Assembly (NCBI RefSeq): GCF_039654945.1
Contig: NW_027361709.1
Span: 2,790,001-2,854,000, forward strand
Length of the DNA stretch: 64,000 nt
Source: Dendrobates tinctorius
Lineage: Eukaryota
Direction of reading: 5' to 3'
Both the position numbers and the translations under genes were made by a program. Each line of letters begins with the position of its first letter. Position 1 is the first letter of the stretch. The notes beneath the pieces were generated by a model. The model worked only from the letters and a program-made list of their open reading frames with translations. It was not told where the DNA came from and searched no databases. Positions 1 to 13,400 of the stretch are shown in pieces.

Positions 1-1536
<1,536 letters not shown>

Positions 1537-1538
1537 TA

Positions 1539-1768
1539 CATTACTGATCCTGAGTTACATCCTGCATTATACTCCAGAGCTGCACTCACTATTCTGTTCT
1601 TGCAGTCACTGTGTACATACATTACATTACTGATCCTGAGTTACCTCCTGTATTATACTCCAGAGCTGCACTCACTATTCTGCTGGTGCAGTCACTGTGT
1701 ACATACATTACATTACTGATCCAGAGTTACATCCTGTATTATACTCCAGAGCTGCACTCACTATTCTG
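1539..1768 (+). repeat. 86-bp tandem repeat (about 2.7 units), same family as 15290-15688
   Basis: TTACTGATCC recurs at 1541, 1627 and 1713. Confidence 0.9.
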
Positions 1769-4427
1769 CGTTCACAGATTTCTGAATGATAAATTTACTT
1801 GGCAATGAGGAAGGAGTGGGGCGTGTGACAACCCTTTATTCTTGGGGGGTGTCCGAGGTATTTTTGGGCTGATAACTTTTCACCCTCATCCTTATTCAGG
1901 GGGATACAGCTGATCTGACCTCACAGCCCCCATCTGATCCATCTTGGATGCGCTGTGAGATCTGAGCTGTGGAAAGTTCTATATGATTCCGCTGTATGGA
2001 TTATGTGTCACTGACATCAGAGAGTAAAAGACAATCCTGAGCTAGAGGAAGCTGCAGAGGAGCTGGAATCTGACAGCCTCCACCCTGTCATTCACAGCTC
2101 CCAAAAGCAGTCAGTGAGCAGAAACACACACATTACTCTTTCTTTGCCCAAGAGGTTCTGCAGCAGCTGGGTCATTTTTAATTAATACTTTAGGCAGCAG
2201 ATCTGTCTAGGAATGGACCCATCCCCCTAACTACATGCAACATCCGAGGACACTGCAAGAAGGTCCAAGAAATAAAGTGACCTCTATCCTGACAGATTCT
2301 CTGCTGACTCTCCCTGCTGCACTACATCTCCCAGCTGGACCCTCAGTGTATGGGGAGAGTTGGACCCCCAGCAGCCCCCCACCCCGCCTGTGCCACCATC
2401 CTTACCTGTGTGCACAATCCACTGCAGGAACACAATGAGAGTGATCGCCTGCATGATGGGAGTGGGGATCTGAGGAGAGGGCTGCTCTGCCTGCCCAGTG
2501 CCCTCAGTCTCTGGCTGTCAGTCACACATGGTCAGCAGGGGGCAGGCAGTCTCGGGGTCACCTCCCTGCCCCAGTGGCTCTGGGGCTCTGATCTCAGCTT
2601 CTACTCCACCCCCTGACATCAGACTCCTCTTTCAGATGTTTAGTCCCAGCAGCCATATAATCCATAGACTGTGAGCGGAGGTGACTGCGGTCCTGGTCCT
2701 CTCCTGATCTTGACCTCTGGTCCTCGGCTCCTTCCTCCTTGAGATGCTGACTCCGTCTCTCCCTTGGAGGCTGCCGGGCTGTCAGTTGCATGACTCTCTC
2801 AGAGGCTGCTGTCACTTTAAATTAAATGCCCAACACGTGGGCAGTGACTCCGCCCACTCACTTCATGGATTGCAACTGTGCAGTGCCCTCTGCTGGACAT
2901 ACACGTGTACTGCAGGCACCTGCCATTCACCTTCATGTCAGCATCTTGACTTGCTGTCAGTGAACGGAAACAAAAAAAAATTAACAACATATATTAACCC
3001 CTTAACGACCATGGATATTTATGGTTTTGCATTATCAGTTTTTCGCTCCCTTTCTTCCCAGAGCCATAGCTTTTTTTTTTTTTTGGTCAAAATGGCTCTG
3101 TGAGGGCTTGGTTTCTTTGCGGGACGAGTTGTACTTTTGAACGACACCATTGGCTTTACCATGTAGCAGAAAACGGGGAAAAAAATTCCAATTGCGGTGA
3201 AATTGCAAAAAAATAATACAGTAATGTTGGGGCCCAGATCTGCACAGGGGCCCACCGGGGGATTCCCCTGTTCCCCTCTGGGCCAGTCCGAGCCTGGTTA
3301 CAGGCCTTCCATACTAGCAGAAATATGACGAAAATAACTCTCTTGGGGTCCGCGCACGACTGACTGAAGGTTAAGGCAGGTGATGGGTCACGTGACGGAA
3401 TGCGACTGCGACAAGCAAAAAGTCAGAACTCCTTGGATTTTCTTTGTCGCAGTACCTCGTTGGTTACAATGTGAACCAATACCCTCGTACTGTGCGGTGA
3501 TGAGGCATAAAGTGCAGTTGCCAGGTAGTCCAGGCCTACAAAATTGCAGAACTTTCCAAAAAGTTACACTCTGGGACAGGTTTTCCCCAATCAAACCATG
3601 GGGGATTTTATAGAAACAGCATCACTTTTATTATAGGCTGCAAAAACTAAGCTACAATACCAGACACAGCCTATAGTCAAAGATGGCGCTGTTCCAGGAA
3701 TAAAAAGCATTTTGGATTTAGTTTGTATTCTTGACTGCAATCTATTTGTGGTTGCCAAAGCCGGACCACATTGACAATCAATAGATGCAGTGCTGCAATG
3801 CCAAATAATGACAACCATGCAACATTTAAAGGGGTCGTCCACCTTTGGGAGCAATTTTTTTTTTACTTATATATAGTTGGGGTTGAAAATTTTAGCAATT
3901 GGGTTTCTTTTAAAATCGTGCACAGTTTGCTTGCTATAACCTCTGTGCTGCACTGTATTGCTGGCTGCAGAAAGAGGTAACAGTGGATCTCTCAGTGAGC
4001 TCTTTCTTTTTTTTTTCAGCTCCTCTCAGCTGATATATGATCACAAACCACATTATCAGGGAGACAAGAAGCCTGTAAAAGCCAAATGGTGCAAAATATT
4101 TTCATGAAACCAAATTGTAAAAATTATTTTTGAAGTAAGAAAAAAAAGTTCCCAAATGTGGACAATGTGGTTGAGGTTGTAATCACAGGTGCGGGCGTTA
4201 ATGATTTTTGTTTGTGAAATTTGATAGAAAGTAATGAATTTAGAAGGTGGCGCTGTGTCCGCAGAGCCTGGGGTATGTGCTGTGCCTGGAGGAGGGGCTC
4301 AGGTAACACATTAATTTGGGGAAAGGTACTGACCAGTGAGGCCGCAGCACAGTTGTGGGTGGGGCAGTTTACCTGATTTTTTCCCTCAGGGTCTCCTGGG
4401 TCAGTCCATTTTCCCCGGTGGCTCAGG

Positions 4428-7400
4428 ATGATCAGTCTGCAGGAGCTGTGTGCTGGTATTCCCCTCCACCCCCTGCCTGAAAACAGAGGCAAGGATGATG
4501 GGGTCCCTCATGCTCCTATCCGGACCCCCCAGCTCTCTGCACAGGATGAGAAGGTGAGTGTGGCATCAACTGCCCATTCCTCGGTTCCTCCTATATGGAG
4601 GCTTGTGGAATGCTGGGACTTGTAGTTCCACACTATGCTGAATGTTGGGATTGAAGATTCTGCTCTCTGTGGGAGATCTGCAGAGTTGTCTGGTGTGCGG
4701 TGGGCAGCTAAGTGCCCCTCAGTGACAGAACATGATGTTTCTGGGCCCTAAGAGAAAGTCTGCACCATGGGCCCCTAACTGCTCTGGTTATGTTGGCTCT
4801 AATGGCCACAGCGGAAAACAGCTGGCCCCCACTTATCCCTGAGGGCACAGGGTTTCAGCACTTTTTTGGGGGGGTCCCTTCAGGCTCCATAATGGCAGTG
4901 TTGGCTTAGAGCTCTGGTCAGGATGAGCTGACGCATTGTAACAAAATGGCTCATGGTGTGGCTTCAGCCACATAAAGGTTTCTATTCACTGACAGCCAGA
5001 AAAAGAAAAGTGAAGGATTGTAACTTACTAAGGAGGCAGGGGACTATCCAGACAAAATGGAGCGAAAGGAATGGAGTCAGTCTTCTGCACAACTTTCTCT
5101 TGAGTTTTACTCTTTTGTGTTGTAAGAGTTGGGATCGGGCCACGAGAGCCATCTTGGTAAGTTTGGCCCAGTACGTGACGGTATTTCAGCCATTTGGCAC
5201 ATAAACACGCAGAGGCCAGCGGAGCAGTGTCCCACTGCACACCAGCTTATGGGGGATCTAGGAAACTGCCTGTTTCCCAGAGCAACCAATCAGAGCACGG
5301 CTTTCATCTTCAATGCTGCTTTTAGACAATGACAACTGTGCAATGATTGGTTACTATGGGCAACAGGACCATCTGTTCTGGACAACTAAAGAAGCCCCTT
5401 TAAGGAACAGTAATGCCCTGCTGTCCTGATTGGCCTAGTGGTCAGAAGGGAACATGAGTCCAGAAAGTTATAGCCAGTCACAACACAGCTTTCAATTTAC
5501 CAGAACAACCAATCAAAGCTTGGCTTTCTTCTTACAGGAGCAGGCTTAGAACTGTAAGCCGTTTTCTGGTTGGTGCCTACGGGCAGCGGGTGTTTCTTCA
5601 GGACAGCTTTGATTGGAGGCCTTCTGCCATTTGTGTTTTGTGGGGGCGGACGGTTATTGGTTAACTATTCCCTTGCATTGTGTAACAGTAGCTGTCAACA
5701 AGTCACCACCGATGGGCACAGATGGCCGCCTCCCCAGGATGTGGTGTTTGCTATCGTCCTGTTTTTTTGTCACTTTCTCCTTGATCCTAGACTCGGCCTG
5801 CATTTGGGCAAAACCTCTTTTTCTCTTCCCGGGCCACTTACACGTCTCTCCTGAATATAAAGTGATGTAGTGGAGCTGGATCTGTCGTGTTAAGCCATTT
5901 CTAGGCCCTAAAGCCGTCCTGCAACGCTGCAGTTACTGTCCTAAATGGCTGATAACGGAGAACGTGGCGTGCAGGTTGTGATTCTGGATGAAGTAACCGT
6001 CTCTCTGTGCTATTGTTCCAGCTTGCTTTGGAGAACGCCTTGCGCTACTTTCCCCCTGAGCATCATTCCACGCTGGCTCCAGAATTTGCAAAGGAGCTGA
6101 GTTGCTATGGACACATCTACATGTATCGCTTCTGTCCAAAGATACTCATGAGGTGAGATCTATGGTGGTAAGTGGCTTCACTGGAGTAGAAGATCTAAAA
6201 ATGACCGTTTTAAAAAAAAAAAAAAAAAAATCTATTCTATTTCTAAACACTGTTTTTCGGTGATCACTTTCTTCATACTGCACCCACACACACACACAAA
6301 TGATACACCATTTGAAAGGTAAACTTGCCCCCTTCAGCAAGAAAATAGCCAAACAAACCACACATCCACCATTTGAACACAAAATACAGTTTAAACATTA
6401 ATTTTCTTAAACCTGCAGTAAGGAAAAACGACCTGCAGGTGGCACCACAGTACTCCAAAGCACACTACCACAAAGCTGCTTACAGACATCACAAACAAAT
6501 CCAAACATTTGCCTTGGGGGGGTGGTCGTTCCAGCGTGCGGAACTGCTTGCCCAGCCTATTTTAGCCAAACTGTAGGATTGCACACTTCACTGCAGGTGA
6601 GGCACATACGCAAACACATTTGTAAACATGCACTGCTTTTTTGCTGATTACTTCGTCCCACACACACAAGTGACACACCATTTGAAATGTAAACTTGCCC
6701 CCTTCAGCAAGAAAATAGCCAAACAAACCACACATTCAAGATTTTATCACTAAATACAGTTTAAACATTCATTTTCATAAAGCTGTAGAAAGACACAATG
6801 ACCTGCAGGTGGCACCTCAACCGGAAGACATTTTTGACCTCTAGTTATCAAACCCAATTTATAGTATTACCAGTCTACATATAAATATCTGTCTGTGTTC
6901 ATCATCTCCTGAAATACATTTACATTTCGCCAGCTTGCTTTTTCTGAAATTGCCTGCACCCCCGACGTCCAATGTGCGAAAATTTGGCACGGGCCAAGCT
7001 AGTATGATGTATTATGCAAGAGTTTAAGGCAGGTGTGGAAGAATGGCTATTAAAATAGAAGTGTTATAAGAGGGAAAACCCGGCACTCAGAGTTCATGCT
7101 ATGAAGAAATGACCATTTTAATATGGTAATCCAATTATAATGACATTCCGGCCCTTTGTCAGACAGTAACGAATTGTTGTGGGAGCGGAGGTTCCAGGAG
7201 ACAGAGCGCAGAGGTACAGCGGCCGTAGTCGCTCGTGCAGAAGCGCGGTCATCTCTTCATCGCATAATCTGAGTGCCGAGTTTTCCTCTTACTCGGGCAC
7301 TATATCTCTCATGGAGTGATGTATAGTGCCATAGACTAAAATAGAAGTGTTCACGGTTTATTTTTATCTGTTAAAGAAAGGGAAAGAAAATCCACAAGAT

Positions 7401-10400
7401 AAATCTAAATCCCATCAAGATTTGGTGACTGCCAGTCTTCATCAATTATCCCAAGCACACTTCATACCAGAGGTGTAGGGGTTTGGTTCAGGGGTAAGTG
7501 AATCCTCTGAATGGGTACCTAACCATGTAACCCTGACCGCAAATATTGTAGCGCCCTTAATAGTGGAAGTAGGAGAACCTCAGCAGATAAAAGTTGTTAA
7601 TAAAAAAAAAAAAAAAAAAACCCTCAATACAGAAATTACCACTCCATGACGGTAACATCACCAGTTACTGTTGGATACCAGTCCTGCAGAACGTATAAGA
7701 GGTTACTGTACAGTTATTGTGGGTGACTCACAGCTGATGTTTCTGATGGAATCGTTCACTTTTCAATGTGACCCAGACTAAGGCTACTTTCAGACTTCAG
7801 TTTTGAAGCATCAGGCGCGATGCGGCGAAAAATGTAAAAGATCCGGCTCTTCCCCCCCCCCCCCCCCCCCCCCCATAGCATTATCGCCGCATTGCGCCTG
7901 ATGGCCATGCGGCGCTTCCGGCTTTTGCCGGATATGGCAAAAAGTGCCTGTCCAGCGTCTGCAAAAAAAGTTCCGTGCAACGTGTTTTTTTTTGTTTTTT
8001 TTTTTGTTTTCAGCGCCGGACCGCTTTTTTCCACTGCGCATGCCCGAACACTCTCTCGCCCTCTCCTGCACCGTCTCCGGCCTCAACAGATGATCCGGTG
8101 GGCTGCGGCTTCTACTGGATCAGGTTTGACAACTGTTTGCCGCAGCCCGCCGGATCTGAAGTCTGAAAGTAGCCTAAGATGGCAACTGCATCCAGCCAGG
8201 ACTCTGCTGCAGAGATTACAACACACATCAGACTTCTCACCATCCCCATCTATCCCCAACTTGCACAAATGCCTTATCTTGCTGATACCCCAATGCTGAG
8301 CCGCTGCTGCCGTATGTGTCCCTATTACTGAACCTACTGTGTGCGCCCTCTAATTTTACTCCTACTAAACCCCTAGATTCCCCTTTCATAGCATTCATAA
8401 ATTATGATTTCAATAAAAATGCCCCACAAACATGAAGATCTCTTCCCCCCCCCCCCCCACACACACACACACACACACACAGTGAATTCCTTCACATGCA
8501 CAGTATGACGACCCTACTCTACCCCACCCCTCAACTCCCCTGGAAAAGTGTGGTGACTCAAGGGTGCCCCCCCAGCAGACCTCCATGCAGTATAATTGGT
8601 CTACATAGAATATAAGGGCCCTGCATAAACCTTCACACTGTATAATGGCTTGCTTACAGTTTAAAGGCCCCCATGTAGCCCTCCAAATATAATAGCCATG
8701 AAATAGACCTCCACACAGTATAATGCACACCATGGTTCTTAATGGTTTTATGGCCAATGCAATATTCTTAAAAAAATTAAATAAATTGCAGTAATTGCTG
8801 CTCCAGTCTCCGAACCTTGTCTTCTGAAGTGTCGCACATCTCTGCATAGAAGACGCCATGTAGTGACATTATCACGAGGAGAAGTCAGTCGCCGAGGCAG
8901 AATGATTGGGGAGGAAATGTTGGCTGAAACCCTGTCCTCAATCGTTGCATGCATTGGGCTGATGGGGTACAGTAAGCTGTATGGGGGACTATGTGGGGGC
9001 TGTTTATATTTGGTGTGTTATGTGGGAACCTTTAAATTGTATGCAATCAATTATACAATGTTTATCAATTGTCCGGTTTTATGGAAGTCCCTTGACGGTG
9101 CACAAGGGCCACACAGGCATGGAGGGGGATTTTGGTGGAAGAACATGACCAGCTGCACAAAGCTCGGACCTTAGCCTTATACAACTCCTATAACTGAGTC
9201 TGAGCCCGGCCTCTCCCTAACATCAGGGTCTGACCTCACAAATGTTAGTTTTTGGGAACTTTTGCCACTTCACCCAAAATTATCTGCAGAGGGGTGACGC
9301 CATATTAATGTCTATGGAGGACATAAGTTCTTAAAGGTGGAAGAGGCCAATTCGTAAATGGTACATACTCCAATATTAAATGCAAAATTTCCCCTTGGAG
9401 TTTTCCATGGGTGAAGTGATAAGCTTTTAAAGTTGAATCTGGGCTGCTGTATGTAATGCCGTGTTTTGTTTTTGTTTTTTTTTTTCTTCCAGGGCTTATC
9501 CAATCAGTGAGTATCCCTGCAAAACAAAGAAGGCAGCAGCCATAATGCACATGATTATGAATAACCTGGATCCAGCAGTGGCTCAGGTATAGGCTTATAA
9601 TTCTGAGATGACAGCCTTTAATGTTGGGCGATCATGGAAGATGTAGGGAACTGTATGATGAAGTCTCGTCATGTGGCTTATGCATAGTACAGTGATGGTA
9701 TGCAATGCCATATCACTACCATAGTGCTTGCATAATACGGTCATACAGCACATGCATAATATGGCCATATAAGGAGACAGTCATGCCATATAGTGCCCAA
9801 AAATACCACCACTTTATAATGCCTTTACTGGCATGACAAGGTAGCTTCTCGGCCACAGGAGACGGAGTTGAACCAGGCAGTGGAGGTTACTTGGTGATAA
9901 AGGTCTCGGGTCTGTTTACCCCCTTTACCCTGTTAGTCTTGCCATGTATACATAATATGGTGAGAGCGTGTGATAATTGTAGATTGTATAACTTCTGACC
10001 CACAGTTTCCCCAGGAGTTGGTAACATATGGTGGCAATGGACAGGTCTTCAATAACTGGGCACAGGTAGGTGCTAAGTGTTGGGTTCTGGATATTTATTG
10101 GTAACCTAAAGAGTTGCAGATTCTCAAGACCATTCCTTCTCTCCCTGATGTGGGCCTCAATATGAATTCATTGACTGACAGGGAATAGTAGATTGTACAG
10201 AAGTAGAGGTGAGACAGTTTAGTGTACCCTTTAACTATGGTGGGCGCTCTATCTGCTTTCTTTGACTTGCATGCCTTTTGTATTTTGATAAGTAATCTAA
10301 TGGAAATATATTAAAGGGTTTTGGTTTTTGTCCTGAGATCGTACTTTCTGACCTCTTGTGGATGGGATTTTTCTTTGAACCTCAAGCCGTTCCTTCTTGA

Positions 10401-13400
10401 GATCATCCATAAAGCCAATTTCAAATCAAAGCAGCTTGAGGCTTGGCCGGCCTCCCAAGTTGGCATCGGCACCAGGGTTTACTATCCCCACTACCATTTC
10501 CCTTTTCTTCTCTTGTATCTGCAGTTCTGGTTGGTGATGCATTATCTATCTGAGATGACGGAGGAACAGACTTTGGTGATGTATAGCGGTCATCCTCTTG
10601 GTCTCTTTCCTAGTCACCCTGGTGCTCCAAGAGTAGTGATCACCAATGGGATGGTGAGACATCCGCTCATTGCCATTCTCCAGGTGTTCAGATATGGGTA
10701 TCCATATATAAAAGGTAATCTTAATTTTTTTTTTTTTTTTCTTCTTCTGTAGGTGATTCCCAACTACTCATCCAGGAAAGATTATGAGAAGATGTTTGCT
10801 TTAGGAGTCACAATGTAAGTATACAACCTTCATCTATATTCCATGTTATTCTCCCCCAGAAACCTCAGATGTATCCAGCTTTTTGCTGGTTCCCCACTGA
10901 GACTTTAACCATCCACAAGTAAATTGAAGCGTTGTGGGGGTGTTAATGTCAGCCGGGCTGGTGGGCTATCTTGTGTATATTGAGCGCTCTCTACTGGGCA
11001 TGTCAGATTTAAACACTCCATTTAAGAAAGTTTTACCTCCAGAGATTTCTGTCCGCAGCTTACACCCCTTTACCCATTTAGAGCAATGTACACTCGGCAA
11101 AACTGACTGTGCACGTGTATGGGAGTGTTGGGAGGAGGAGCGTTCGGCCCACAGCTATTGAAGCTTTATGGGCACCATTTGTGTAATGCATTTGGAGACT
11201 ATACTATATCGATCTCTGCTTCCATAAGGTGAATTTTTGCATCCGGTAATTTAAGTCCATCTTTAATTTTTATTTTGGAAGGTATGGACAGATGACGGCA
11301 GGAAGCTACTGCTACATTGGCCCGCAAGGAATTGTGCATGGTACAGTGGTGAGTTGGAACAGTGTGAACTCTACTTAAAGTATATTGCGGGGTTTTAATT
11401 TTACAGAATCAATTTGTGCAAAACTGTAATGCTGCCTCCCTCCTACAGCACATCCTGATGTTGGAGCATGACTCCAAGGAGGAGCAGTGTCATGGTCCGT
11501 CCACCTCCCGATACGCCTAGTTTAGTAAGGCTACGTGCACACGCTGTGGATTGGGGTGCAGATTTGGCCGCGTGGATTTTGTAAAATCCGCAGGTCAAAA
11601 GACCTGCGGATTGCTCTGCGGTTTTTGCATCTCATCAATGGAGGAGATGGCAAACTGCAGCGGAATCCACAGAATTGACATGTCAATTCTTTCTGCGGTT
11701 TCAAAAGCGCAGAAAAATCCGCACCGTCTGCACTGCGGTTTTGTATTCCCATAGGGAATCATGGTACTGTACACCGCAGCCAAATCCGCTGCATTCCTCT
11801 AAATATTGCACTTTTCGTGGCTTGCCCACTGGCCATCTGTCTGATCACACATTTCTGATCACACACAGTTAACGGTATTGAACGCTGGAAGAAGATACCT
11901 TGGAGTAGATGATCTCAGTGGGAAGGTGTTTGTGACCTCAGGTCTGGGAGGAATGAGCGGCGCACAGGCTAAAGCGGCCACGATTGTGGGCTGTATCGGG
12001 GTCATTGCTGAGGTAACTGTTCTTGGCTCTCCATTATGGGACAGAACTTGCTAGATGCCAACTGATAATTGGGGACCTCTGATGAGGACACTGCTCCTGT
12101 GAGACTCCATGCACCTCCATCTCACGGCTCCTATGTATTGTCAGGTCGATGAAAGTGCGCTGGTAAAGAGACATAAGCAGGGCTGGCTGATGGAGGTAAC
12201 AAAGTCTCTGGATGAATGTATCCAAAGGATCAGGTAAGGGCAAACCAGACCTAAGTGTGTACGCTGCACTTCTGCCAAGGCAGCGGGGGTGCCCGTTGGC
12301 TCTTCTAGAGAGTGTGTGGTTTTTTTTTTTTATGTTTTTTTTTTTTAATATATTACATTAACCATCTTTGTCTTCACAGAAAAGCAAAGAAAGATAAGGA
12401 AACGCTCAGCCTGGGATACCATGGGAATATCGTGGACCTCTGGCAAGTCGTGTTCTTCTGCTGCACATATGGGGCCTGTAACCGTCACATTGTGCCAGGG
12501 AGGAATCTGTAACACATTACAGTAATGCTCTTATGATACTCCATCACTGGAGAGGATTGGCGAGGAGGTGATCCTGATCGCTCACAATCCAAGTGTCTGC
12601 TCCCAGATCTGAAATATTCAGATTTTGAAGAATTTCCCTATAAGAATAATTCACAGTAAAATAGAAAATTCATCCTCTGCTCTCTATTTGTGGCAGATGT
12701 TTCTAATCTTTGTTTCTGGAAACGCTAAATTACTACAAATGGCCATATAAAGGGGTTATCCGACAAATATCTCAACTACAGGATGTATGATTGCTGGGGG
12801 GGGGGGGGGGGTCCTTCCACTGATGACCGTTGCTGATCTTGACTACGAGGGTCCAGTGTCCCTCATGTGAGTGGAGTGTGCATGTGTACCCAGCACTTCA
12901 TGCAGTGTCTAAGGGGGCATTGGTCACGTGCACAATCTTATACCAGTAAATGGAGCATTGATTGAAGAGGTTGTACACTACTGTTACACTGACCTATCCT
13001 TAGCATAAGTCATCAATGTCTGATCGGCTGGGGTCCGACTCACGGCAGCACCCCCACTGATCAGCTGTTAACTGCTACTCCTTTCACGTGGGGAACCCTG
13101 CACTCCCCACATCCAGCTGTTGGACCATCAGCAATCATGCATCCTGTGGATGGTGATAACCCATTTAAGACTCCCACCTAGGTTGTCACTTGGCACTTAA
13201 TTTAGGATTGTTTAACTTGAATCCTAGAGTCGAGAGGGGGGAAAACTCAACGGTCTATCTTAGAGGAGACCTGCACGATAGTCTCTAGTTGGGGATTACT
13301 AACTTTTGCATTAACGACACGAAGATTCATGCTTTTCCTGACTGCTAAATAATAACTTATAATTTGTAAAAGCTGAATAGTGGTGGTTGTCCTATGTCGG

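Noticed and set aside
2594-2815. Charged 73-aa minus-strand ORF
   Set aside because: No recognisable homology; more likely upstream or 5' UTR sequence of the candidate exon at 2406-2454.
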